Source of the DNA: Amoebidium appalachense
Lineage: Eukaryota; Protista; Ichthyosporea
Direction of reading: 5' to 3'
NCBI GenBank assembly: GCA_963693365.1
Contig: CAVNZM010000012.1
Location: forward strand, 8,374,001-8,438,000
DNA length: 64,000 nt
Both the position numbers and the translations under genes were made by a program. Under the pieces are notes generated by a model that saw only the letters and a program-made list of their open reading frames with translations, ran no database searches and was not told the origin of the DNA. This document shows positions 48,564 through 61,655 of this stretch, in pieces (the first letter of the stretch is position 1; every line of letters begins with the position of its first letter).

Positions 48564-51500
48564 ATGTCGATACACCCTTTCTTTCCGAGTAAAGCCCCGT
48601 GCCAGGAGGCATGTTCTGTATGCACTGCTTTAGATAACATGCTGAAAAACGGAAAAGACAAAGCAAGGATTATTTTCCAAGGAAAGGAAGAGGACTCGAA
48701 GGGGAAAGAGGCAGTTGAACATTGCCGCGCTGTCTGTCGTTTTCTGGACAATCAGCATCCAGGTGGCACCAATGTTTTCACGAAGTTTGAGACCGCCAAA
48801 AGCTCTATGAACTCGTTTTGCCTTTCCGTCGAACGTGGGCAGCCAAGCGGCTTAGCAAAAAAGGGGAGAGGCGACGTTGTGTGGGTACGAAGGAATTTCG
48901 GAGCATCCCCCTTCCCCATTCCGGTTACAAGCACAACAACAGTAGGCCAACTTGTTAAGAAAGCGGGCGTGAACAGGCTCTATTTCTTTCCATCGTGTTT
49001 CAGTGGCGAACCCGCAACTTATGGACCACATGACGAGCTTGAGCGCGTCGTTCACGACAGCACATCGGCGGAGTTGGTTAATCCTGGTGCCATTTACGAA
49101 ACGGATCCCCATCCGGCAATATACCTGGCGATAGCCGCGGCCGAGCGAGCTTCCCAGACACGAAGCAAGGGGAACTTCGCTACTATTCTCCGTGCATATG
49201 CAGCCGCTGGAGAGACGTTCGCAACTGCGCATATTCCCTGGTGTCCCGGGACGACAAGCAGAGACCAGCAAGTATTTGACTACCTTGTTCTGGCACTAAA
49301 CAGCCGGGTAGAGACCGAGAAGCGAAACAACGTAAAGGTGAACATCCCGGGCGCTGCACACGAATTGCTGACGAAAGCGCTGGATGCGGTGGCAGAGGAG
49401 CTACGACGGGTATTCCCCCCCCCCCCAACCCTGCTCGTCTCTGATCAAGACGGGTGACCTACTCATGTTCAAGTGAAACAGTATCTGAGTTGGGTTTCGT
49501 TAACCAGGGGAATAGGTCGAAACTCGGGTACTGTGGATGACGTGGGCCCCCCCTGAGGATGGGCTCTGCTTATTATGCATACTCTTTATGTATGGCTTGC
49601 ATTCTGCATCGTGTTATCCGTTTGTTCTTGTGTACTTCGTACTTTTTGACGCATTCAAAACCCCCCCCCCCCCCCCCCCCCCTTCCCCCTTCCCCCCTCC
49701 CCCCTCCCCATTTCTTTTTCCCTATCTCACCTCCCACCCCCACCCCACTTTCGGTTGCCTACTCCTACCCATTCCTGCACATAATGCCTCCTTCCCCCCT
49801 CCACCCCCCCCCCCCCCCCCCCCCCTTCCCCCCACCAAACACCTCCACCTACACCCCCATCCTCACCGCTCCATCTTACCTAGCCCTCCTACACTCCACT
49901 TTCCAGTTTCGGTATTATTGCCGTCTGGTTTGATAGCTGCTCCCCCCCCCCCCCCCCCCCCTCCCCCCTTCTCCTCTCCCCCCCCCTCCCCCCCCCTCCC
50001 CCTTCCCCTGCCGCCCTCCGCCTCCTCCACCCCTTTCTCTACCAAAGTCCCACCAAAGTTTTATTATGTAAACAGAGCTGGAGAATACAGGGGAATCTGT
50101 TGTTATGTTATGTTCTCTTTTCCATGCGTGGAGATGGGGAACCAAGCAACATGTGCCTTGTATGCCATGTATGCGATGTACATGATGTGCGCCTCATGAG
50201 GTGATTGTATTATGGAGTTTGCATCTTTAACCATGCCTACCCCCCCTCCCCCCCCCCCCCCCCCCGGCCTTCTCCTCCCCCCCCCCCCCCCCCAGGCCTC
50301 CTCCTCCTCCTCCCCCCCCTCCCCCCCCCCCCCCCCCTCCACCCCCTCACCCTCCTCCCCCCCTCCCTCCCCTTCCTCCCCCAGGGGCCCGGCAGCGGTG
50401 ATCCTTTCGGCATGTTCTTTGCCAATCTCAAAATTTATTACCCGGGAGGAACAAGCGCAAATTCAATTTCAACACCGAATTCGCCAGTTATCGGAAGCCC
50501 CATACCACGCAAGCCACCATCGAAGAAAACTAAGGAAGTCAGGAACCTGTGTGAGCGGGATTTCCGCGGGGGGGTCTTATTAGCGCTCCTGGGGGGGGAC
50601 CAGACGGACACGAAACCAAAAACTATGCACAGGCGCCTTCAGTTGTACAGCACGAAACCATTTCCATACAAGAAAAGCGAGGGAGGGAAAACGGTCGGGT
50701 TTGTCGAATGGATTCAATCTGAAAAGATTCAAAAATTCGTTAGTGTCGAGAACGCGGCCGGGAAAAAGAAAGTGGTAAAACCAAACGGGGCAGCGAATAC
50801 GAACGCGTGCAAGAGTCTGTCTGTTGAGTTTAAGGGGCATCCTTTCTTGGGCTTCTACGAGAGTCTTTTGGCTATTCCGGAACCATCCGCGAATGAAAAT
50901 GTGCGCCTGTTTGTGCGGTTGGCGGATGGTGTGTGTGGGGAGAGAGTCATTGGGGTGTTGGAGTGTGCTGGGGTTGTGTGTGCGGGGGATGAGCTTCCCT
51001 TTGAGGGCGAAGGATTCGCACTCTATCGGTATGTGTGTAAAACCACCCTCCCCCCCGACCTCTCTCTCTCTCCCCCCCTCCCCCCCCCCCCCCCCCTCCC
51101 CCCGCCCCCCACCTCTCCCCCCACCCACCCGAAAAAAGAAAAAGAAAAAGAAAAAAAAGAAAAAGAAAGAGAAAAAAAAGAAAAAAAGAACACCCGCCAT
51201 TATAATTCTCAATTCTTATGGCCATTCCATGCCTCCCTTGCCTTACCTCCCAGGCCCAAGACAGGCACACACGTGCACATGTCCCCCCCCCCCCCCCCCC
51301 CCCCCCCCCAAACGCACTTGTGACACCTCCCCTTACTATTTTTACATATGCCTGCAAGTGTTTCGTTCCCCTTGTTCTCTTCGTTGTAATATTCACATCA
51401 CGTGTGCCCCCCCCCCCCAACCACCACCAAAAAAAAAAAAAAAAAAAAAAAGAAGCCAATTCAACCGAGCTCAATCCAAGCCCACCACCCACCCCGTATG

Positions 51501-51728
51501 CTTCCACACCCGTTCACGGTCGTTGCCTACAAACGATATGCACATACTCTCTTGTCTCTGTCGTTTTCATTTTACCCGTGTCTCTCAAACCCCCCCCCCC
51601 CCCCAAACCTTTGGCTCACCGTGTAGACCACTGCGATAACCAAGAAAGTCACTTCATCGGCGCCCCCTTGTACTCACCAAACACACATGCGCGCGCACGC
51701 ACACACACACATACTCCCCCCCCCTCCG

Positions 51729-51765
<37 letters not shown>

Positions 51766-51818
51766 CCCTGCCGCCCACACACACACACACACACACACAC
51801 ACCCTCCTCCCCTTCCCC

Positions 51819-51849
<31 letters not shown>

Positions 51850-53152
51850 AACCCTTATGCCCTCCCTTCCCTCCCTTCCCTCCCTTCCCTCCCTTCCACT
51901 AATAGGGGTGACGAGTGTGTTGTCGAGGGGCACCTTCACCAACCGCAATCAGTCCCCAACCCTCTGCCCCAATCAGAAACCACGGTCGTTCACCTTATTT
52001 GGTTAAATGGCCTTTCCGGCCTCAAGCTGGATGCCCAATGGGAGGACGCCCTGCGCCGAAACGGTGACGCGGGATTGGTTTTCGGTCACGTAGACACCCC
52101 GGAGGAACTTGCAATCCTATTGGCTGTCCTTGTTCGAAGTTTCTGGAACAACCCGGACCCTTCCAGGCCGACCGGCGCCTCCCAGATGGTTATACTTGAC
52201 GTGGCCGAATGTGCGGACCGTTTCGTCCAATCAAACGGCTTGGAATCTGTCAGCGGACCAATCATTCTCCATGGGGATAAGGTGCAGAGCGGAGAAGGCA
52301 TTTCTGTTCCCGGTTCCCTCATGCGTGTCTTTTCCCTCGGGGCGGCGGCGGCCCGCGGAATCACGCTCGTGTGCGTATCAAAGAAAAAACACGCGGAGCG
52401 AATTTTCACGAAATTTCAGCCGATGTTGCCAGCACCATTGACCACCGAGAACGGGGGCGAAAACATGGGCGTAGTGGGCGGAGAGGGGAGGAAAGAGGAG
52501 GTGGGGATGGAGAAAGAAGGGGAGGGGGAGGGGGAGGGGGGAGGGGGCGGATGGTTACGCTACATTGGGAGATGTGTTTTTGGCAACACGCAAAGGCAAA
52601 GGGCGGGTCCAAACCCCAGACCCTCCTGAACGCCCACCCATACTTCAATCTCCACCGTTCCATGCGACATTCCCTGCTATGGGCATGCAACCAAACGCGG
52701 CTCCACGTGCACCTATGCGAGTATACACAAACACGTCTTTGTTTACGAATCAGCACATGAATATTGTGACGCCGCCTGTCGGAAACAGTCGAATTTTGCC
52801 AAATCAAGCAACGGCACCGACAAATTCCCAACCTTCCACACCACCACAAAACCGCACAGAACCAAACACACCACCGCCGGCTAAGTTACCACCTCCAACT
52901 ACGCACGAAACGATTGTTATCGAGTCACCAATCAAGAAGGGAAGCGGTAGCGAGGGGAGGGGGGAGAGACGTACGCGAGATGAGCTTGAAAGCGGAGGGG
53001 AAGAGGGTGGGGAGAGGGAGAGTGCAAGGAGACGGGTGGAGGGTGAGGGGGTGGGAGCGAAGATGTTTGTGGAGACGAGACATGCAATTAGTGTCAAGCA
53101 CCCTGACGGGTGTGCGTGCGGTGCAAAGGGGTGCGAGATTGTGCTTGATTAG
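48564..53152 (+). CDS. Orphan protein (~900 aa); exons 48564-49409, 50385-51028, 51906-~52500, then +1 frame to stop at 53152
   Basis: Long non-repetitive ORFs joined by phase-consistent GT-AG introns; frame change in the purine run at 52500-52545; no family recognised. Confidence 0.65.
49427..49660 (+). repeat. Full-length copy of intronic structured repeat family (subfamily A)
   Basis: Starts 17 nt after the donor at 49410, flanked by C-runs on both sides. Confidence 0.9.
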
Positions 53153-53156
53153 TATG

Positions 53157-53257
<101 letters not shown>

Positions 53258-53338
53258 TCGTGTGGGTGTGTGGGTGTGTTGGGGTGTTGGGGGGAGGGGT
53301 ATGATGGGTGGGTGGGTGGGTGTGCGTGTGCGTGTGTG

Positions 53339-53399
<61 letters not shown>

Positions 53400-53423
53400 G
53401 CGTGTGTGCGTGTGCGTGTGTGT

Positions 53424-53457
<34 letters not shown>

Positions 53458-54619
53458 GGGGGTTGTACCGTATGTGGCTGTTATCGTGTTAGGCTGTTTC
53501 TATATTATTGTTCATAATTCAAATGATTGCCAAGAGTCAGACGAATCGTAAGATGAGCGGATACAAGCACACTATGTCAGTGTATTAAGAATTTAGAATT
53601 TGACAAATCACTTGGCGTGTGGTATTTGAAATGGTATTCTCCTGTTACTGTGACATGTTTTGTGCTTGTGAGATATACACGGTGTGATTCAATCCGAAGT
53701 TTCAAGCTGTAAACATTTGGGAAATTGTTTTGACCTGTACCGGAAAAGGGTTTAGGTGACCATCAGAGTGTATACTTATGCAAGAACGCTTTCGAATGAG
53801 ATAGTGTGATATCCGAGCAAGATATCCATGAAACCGAATATATTTGAGATATATTTCTATCAACGTTAAAAACACATGCAGTTGTAATCATGCCACATGT
53901 AGTGGCATCCGATGCATTTCTGTAGCACGAAAAGTGAAAATGCAAATTCCCGATCTCTCGGGGATACAGTTTCATCTCTCGGGAAGCCTGAGCACCCGGT
54001 CTAATGCTACCCCCCCCCCCCCCCCCCCCCTTCCCCCCCCTCCTTCATGCGCCGGTGCGCGCGTGCGCACACACCTACCCACACGCACACACACACACAC
54101 GCACACACACACACACTCACATGTCTCACATGTACACCCACACACACGTGTAATCACACGCCGTAACTGCACGGAGAGCGCACACACAGGCACGCACACG
54201 CCTGCCACACTCTTGTACGTAAGCTCACGCACACGCTGTTGCACACACACATGGCATGCGCACAATCTGTCACGGCCACTAAATGCATCGTGATCGGTGC
54301 CCGACCAGACTATACACCACCCAACTCGGACAAGCAGCTATATTAGGGGGTTAATTAATCACCAATATTAACGTTCATGCACGTATACTTCGTTGGATTT
54401 TTATTTCACACGTGCTTGACACCACTATAATAAATACATCATGTAACAGTTGGGTGTGTCAGACATGGCTTACACACAACTTCCAAAAAATTCAACATTT
54501 TGACCATGTGTTCACATGTGTAGAAAGCTTAAGATGGGGACGTACGTGTTAGCCAATTGCTTGAATCTAGATGAGCAATAAATTCGTTGCAGATCAATAT
54601 TTTGTGTGTGTGTGTGTTG

Positions 54620-54696
<77 letters not shown>

Positions 54697-55381
54697 TGTG
54701 TGTGTGTCGTCTCTGCCAGCACACATCAGCACAGCTCATCAACACACCCCTAGACCCATGCCAGCACGTCACATGGGAACTACTTTTAATCTTAACATGA
54801 TCCCACACCTATCTGCGTAGTTACATACGACTTAATTAACCCAAAGAACAGATCAAAAACTGTTTAAAATTTGAGGTTTACAACAATCTATCACAGTGCT
54901 AACTATTATCACAGGGCTCACTTCTTTGACAGTCCAACTAACTGCTTCCATTTTGCAGCAAAGAAGTCATTTCATGAGGCTGCAGATGCAGTCATTACTT
55001 GCAAACAAAAAACCGAGAAGGAAGTGCCCAAAAAACGATATAAGGAAACAAGAAAACAGAAAGCAAAACAAATAGAAGACATACAGGAGGCTCTTAAACC
55101 CCAATCCCCCCCTCCCCCCTCCCCCCCCCCCCCCCTCTCCCCCTTCAAAAAAAGGACCCCCCCCATGGTGTGTGTGTGTGCGCGCGTGTGTGTCTGTGTG
55201 TGTCTGTGTGTGTCTGTGTGTGTGTGTGGTTGGGGGGGGGGGAGAGGGGGAGCACATGCAATCATTGAAGGACCAACGGTGAGAGAGGGGGGGGGGAAGG
55301 GGGGGGGGGAGGAGGATGGGATGGGTGGGGATGGGGATGATGAGGGGGATACAAAGGGAGTGTAGAAAGGGGGAAAATGAT

Positions 55382-55525
55382 TTAGAGTTTTTGGACGACA
55401 AAATACTTGAGGGCCAAGTAGGCGAGGAAGAGGAAGACCGTGATTGCAGCCACAAGCACATACATGTTGATAAAGAAGTGGGAGGGATCAAACCCAAGAG
55501 AAATGAGAACATCGTGTGCTGGCAG

Positions 55526-55616
<91 letters not shown>

Positions 55617-57123
55617 CTTGTGTGTGCGTGGTGGTGGTGATGGTGGCTGTGGGGGGAGGGGGGGGGGGGGCGCGGGGAGGGGGGGGGGGCCAACGAATGA
55701 GGGAGGGGGGGGGGGGGGGGGAGAAGAGGAAGGAAAAGGGCGGATAGGGGGAGGGGGGCGGTTTGTTTGCTTGTGTGTGTGTGTTCGTGTGTGTGTGTGT
55801 TGGGGGAGGGAGGGAGTGGGCAAGGGAGGTGGAGGGTGTGTGTGCATGTGTGTGTGTGCACATGCACGCTTTCCTTTTTTGTGGGCTTTCCTGCAGAGGT
55901 TGGGGGGTTGGGGAAAGGGGGAGAGGGGGGGGGGGGGGGGAGTCTTGGCGTGGGAGGGGGAGGGAGGGGGGGGGGGGGGAGTCTTGGCGTGGGAGGGGGA
56001 GGGAGGGGGGGGGGGGGGAGTCTTGGCGTGGGAGGGGGAGGGAGGGGGGGGGGGGGGGGAGTCTTGGCGTGGGAGGGGGAGGGAGGGGGGGGGGGGGGAG
56101 TCTTGGCGTGGGAGGGGGAGGGAGGGGGGGGGGGGGGGGGAGTCTTGGCGTGGGAGGGGGAGGGAGGGGGGGGGGGGGGGAGGGAGGTTGTTAGTGGGTC
56201 CAAACCACACGAAAGTATCATAGCTCCCCTCACATCCATCCATTATCAACCGCCTTACACGTTGAGTGTTTGTTAGTACAAAGAACCAATGGAAATGCAA
56301 CAATAAAACGTGGCAAAGGGGGGGTCCATGTAGCTTTGGTCGTTCTCCTTAGTATGCTTGGTGACCCCCCCCCTCCCCCTCCCCCCGCCCACCCATTACC
56401 ACCACCACGACACACACGCATAAACATACACAACCACACAACAACATAATACAGAAAATGCTAGAAAAGGTAAATGGATGAACAGATGTGCATGTGTGTA
56501 TGTGTACCGTGTGTGGGGGTTGGTTGGGTAGGTTGTGACACACAGGATGAAGTACGCCTTCACACCGATATTGTGATATATGATGCATCCAAAAGGGTAC
56601 ACACACCATGTATGCAACCTGAGGATAGCTCATGGGTGGGGGAAAGAGGGATTGGGGGCGGGGGGATGCGAGGAGGAGGGGAAGAGGGAGAAGAGGGGGG
56701 GGGGGGGGGGGGTTAGAATATGTTCTAGAAGGGGGGGGGGGGGGGGGGGGGGGGGGTGCAGTAACATACATCTGTGACTGGCACGTCTTTGAATTTCCCC
56801 GTCAGCAGCTTGCCATCCAACTCATTGATGACTAAAACCTCAAGACCATAGTTGAAGAACGAGAGGTAGGGTAGCCATGATATGAAGTCGGGCATGCGGG
56901 CTGGAAAATAAAAAGAGAGAATGGTTAGTTTAATACGAAATGTATTAACAAATAACATAGAATTGTAATACACGTGTAAATAAACAGGGGGTAGGCAGGC
57001 TTGTTAAAGCTAATATTGGGATAAATTAAGCTAGTTGGTTAGGTGATGTTGGGAGTGCAAGGGGATTCGGGGTATGAGGGAAGAGATGAGAGGACGCATT
57101 AGGTTTCTTTTCTTTTTTTTTTT

Positions 57124-57154
<31 letters not shown>

Positions 57155-57326
57155 GGAGGGGGGTTTCATCCTGTTTGTTTCCTTGTTGCGGGAAAAGGGG
57201 TGGGGGAGAGGGAGGGAGGGGTAGGGGGGGGGGGGGGGGGGGGGGGGGGGGGAGGGGCAGGGTGCATACAGGCATACTTCACACGCCCACGCACACATAT
57301 GCATGCATGCACACTGGCACACACAT

Positions 57327-57362
<36 letters not shown>

Positions 57363-58062
57363 CTGTTTCTCCCCCTCTCGCTCTCTGTCTCACTCTCTCG
57401 CTGCCTCCCCCCCCCCCCCCCCCCCTCCCCCTCCCCCTCTCCCCCCTCCCCCCCCCCTCCCCCCCTCTGCATTTGAGTGTGATTGTGGAAGATACGTTTT
57501 GTGTTTGTTCCACGTACCTTTGTCTATGAAGATGTTTGTGAGCATGAGAGACAAAAGCATCACCAGGCTGGCCAGCATGTTGCCTGTTGCTAGGCGCTTG
57601 ACCATCACCCCAATCAGCATGCAGATGCTGCGTGACCATGAGCCAATCAGAGAGTGTTAAAGCAGGTTGTTGCCAATAGGGGACTCTATCAGTGTCATCA
57701 CTGTATGGCCAGGGGTTTTTCCTATTTGGTTAGTTCACCTAATTTTTATCTCTTCCCCTCTCTCTCTCACCTCTCTTCTCAAAAGACCAAACACAAATGT
57801 GGACAAACTACGGATCCCCCCCCCGCCCCCCCTCTTTCTCCCCCTTTTCAACCACCAACAAGCACACAATCTCACATCCCCCCCCCCCCCCCTCCCCCTC
57901 CCCCCTCCCCCCCTCTCCTGCCCCCAACAAACAAAAAAGAATAAAAAAAATAAGAAAAATAAAACAACACACCGTGATGTTGAACACACGATCTCCCCCT
58001 CCCCCCCCCCCCCCCCCCCTCCCCCCGCCCCCAGCGCGCGCCCCCATTTCATCCCCCCCCCC

Positions 58063-58093
<31 letters not shown>

Positions 58094-58265
58094 ACCTTGT
58101 AGCACACAGGTTGACCAAGACCAGGGTTGTGACGTAATAGAAGAAATGCACCAGGCCAGGCCTTAAGCCAATCATAAAGAAGGCTATGGTGCCCATGACG
58201 ATAGGGGGGAGGATGCGTAGAGGTACGATGTCGAATAGCACCTGTACGTGTGTGTGTGTGTGTGG

Positions 58266-58330
<65 letters not shown>

Positions 58331-58385
58331 GGAGGGGGGGGGAGGTGTGTATGTGTGTATGTGCGTTTGTGTGTGTGTGTGTGTA

Positions 58386-58453
<68 letters not shown>

Positions 58454-59737
58454 GGGGGGGAAGGAGGGGGGGAAATGGTTAGACAGTACGTTTACAATCA
58501 CGACCGACATCACGATGCATGGAGGGACGGTTGCATGTGTGAGTTACTACGTGTTTGTGTGTGCGCGCACCTGCGTGGGGGGAGTAAACATGATGTTTGT
58601 TGCGCTTGGTTTATCTGGTAAGTGATCCGACTGCATGGGGTTGAGCCAGGATATAAAACAACGAACTCAAAGCAAATGTTGGTGAGGATTTGAAGCACAG
58701 AACTGGAAGAAAAGGTTGAAATGAGCACAAGGAGTCTATTTTAACCTGGAGTGAAGTGGTGGGGGTTAAGAAAGACAGTGAGAGGAGGGAAACTCATAAA
58801 CATTCATTTGCGAACTCACGTCTTTTTTTTTTTTTGGGGGGGGGGGGGGAGAGGGGGGGAGGGGGGGGAGGGGGGGGGGGGGGGCAGGGAAGAAGGGTAC
58901 CAGGTACCAGGGAAGGGAGGGAGGAGGAGGGGGGGGGGGGGGGGGGGGGTTTGAATGCGGAACACAGTACAAAGTACGCATACACGATGAGAAGCATGGT
59001 GCAGGACACATGCAAAGGCAAACATTCAAGTATGCAACATCAGCAATGCGCACAGTATGCGTCATAAGAAGAGCCCATCCTCAGGGAGGGCCCAAGTCAT
59101 CAATTGCGTCTGAGTTTCGACCCTTGGGGGGTAAGGGGGGGGGGGGGGGGGGGGGGAAGGGTAGAATGTGGTACACAGTAAGGAGTATAAAGGAACATCA
59201 GGCAACAAACTGCGGATTTGCAAAACATATCGCACAAGAGGGGGGGGGGGGGGGGGAGGGGGATAGGATAGAGGAAAGAGTTTAGAGGCCTCGGCCAAGA
59301 AGAGAAGGTGGAATAGTGCAAAAGGAAAATGGGGGGGGGGGGGGGAAGGGGGTATTTACCTTTGATATGAAGTAGGCGCTGGGAAAGTAAAACTTGTTTG
59401 TTCTTTCGTGCATGTACAGGGCACGCTCGGAGTGGAAAAGCTGCATGAAAATGGGAAGATGTAAAAACATTGTTTCAACCCCCCCTCCCCCCCCTCCCTT
59501 CACCACCACAACCACCAACCTTATACCCATTCTCATCTCCACCTTGTGCCGGTGGGCTTACTTTAGCTTTTCTAGTGATGGAGTGCACGGGGAATTGGGT
59601 GTGCTTTAGCTGTAACACACGGTGGGAAAGTGTGAAAGGGATCAAACTGAAAACAGAACACGCGGGAGTTAGGGTTGTCGATGTACTGGGTGGTGGACAA
59701 TTGCAAATGTGCGTGGTGGGCAAAAAAAAAAAAAAAA

Positions 59738-59774
<37 letters not shown>

Positions 59775-59880
59775 GGAGGGTATAGACTGAAAAAAGCTCA
59801 AAGAATAAGGAAAAAAAGGCACACAATCTGAATACCACAAACCTGACAAACGATGTGTGCAAGATGGGAGGGGGGAGCAA

Positions 59881-59966
<86 letters not shown>

Positions 59967-60356
59967 AAATTGCAATACCTCGAGTGAGCTGAGTGATCCG
60001 AAAGCCAGGAATGAGCACATGACGAGTAGCACACCCATAGCCGTCTTGTATTGGGGTATCAGGTCCGTGGAGGGGTGCCTGCCATTGTCGTAGTAGATCA
60101 CACCTAGCACCGCTTTATGCCCATACATGGTAGGTTAGTGCCTATATATGGAAGGTAGAGGGCCATAAATGGAAATAGATCACCACATCACGGAACACTG
60201 TATGGCCATATATGGTAGGTCAGTGCCTATATGTGGAAGGTAGAGGGTTATTTATGGAAACATAGACCTCTAGATCCACACAAACTTACTGAGCCCTCCA
60301 CTCATTGCATGAACTCTCAGAAGTTCATCAGAACATAGTCGAACTTGTAGAGGGGT

Positions 60357-60437
<81 letters not shown>

Positions 60438-61105
60438 ACGCATGCGCGTGCAGACACATCTGCGCCCGCACATTCGTGTGTGCATGCATGAATGATTGGG
60501 CATGAGATATAGTGCGTGTGTGTGCATGCATAAAGCGGCTTATGTGGTGGGGGAGGGGGGGGGGGGGGGGGGGGGGAGGGGAGAAGAAGGGGGATCGGAG
60601 GGGTAATTTCAATACGTACTTCCAATGAATGCGGCTGTAGCCAGATGTCCAAAGAACAGATATGGATTACGCAGTAGGTTGATGAGAGTACGGTGGCAGA
60701 GGATGATCACTTGGGTCGTGAACGAGGCACCAAGTTTGACGTGTTTGTGCTCGACTGCTGGTGATTCCCGACTGTCAAGGGGGAGGAGGGGGGGAGGGGG
60801 GAGGGGAGCGGATAGGAGGGGAAGCGGGGAAGAAGGGAGGGGGGGGGGGGGGGGGGGGATGGAGAAAGGGCGGGGGGGAGGGGGAGGAGAGGGTGCATGA
60901 GGAATTGAAATGGTGTGTCTGTGTGTGTGGGGAGGGTTGGGGGGGGGGGGGTTAGGGTGGGAGGAGACAATGTAGATAATACACATTTTAGCCAAATAAC
61001 CGGCATATGCAAGAAAAGGCTACCGGCAAAAAGAATACTATGATAACTTAAAAAAGGTTACAGAGGGTGTGGTCGTGTCCGTCCCCCCCCCCCCCCCCCC
61101 CCCCC

Positions 61106-61159
<54 letters not shown>

Positions 61160-61292
61160 CCCCCCCACCCACACACACACACTTTTTTTTTTTTTGGTGT
61201 GCGTGTGCATCTTGTGGTGCATGTGCGTGTCTATGCTGTGTACTTCGCCTATCCCCCCCCCCCCCCCCCCCCCCCACCACACACACACACAC

Positions 61293-61326
<34 letters not shown>

Positions 61327-61617
61327 AAAAAAAAACAAAAAAAAAACACCTGCCCATGCACCACCACACCTACCTTGCCTCAATCAGGAGATCAATCTCC
61401 TCTTCAGTTCTTTGCGCCCGCTCAGAGTTCTGTTTTTGAACCCAGGTGAGTGGTGGGTAGATATGGGTGAGCGGAATGTTGTGTGGGCGGGTGGGTGGCC
61501 GGGAATAATCTGGCGTTTGCATGGGTGTGTTGGCTGTCTACTGCTATAGTTGGTTACTTTGTTGGCACCTTCTCCTTCTTATTTTTCTTTTCGTTAAAAG
61601 TTCTTGTTGGGGGACGT

Positions 61618-61655
<38 letters not shown>

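Noticed and set aside
49427-49660. Calling the intronic repeat a canonical hammerhead, snoRNA or SRP RNA
   Set aside because: Hammerhead stem I absent and GUH not conserved; C/D spacing too short for a guide snoRNA; only superficial similarity to SRP helix 8.
54345-54845. Possible MITE bounded by GGGTTAATTAA / TTAATTAACCC
   Set aside because: Only an ~11-bp AT-rich inverted match, no clear TSD or second copy in the window.
55938-56185. Regularly spaced repeat resembling a CRISPR array
   Set aside because: Intervening sequence is only variable G-runs, no unique spacers, eukaryotic intron, no cas genes.
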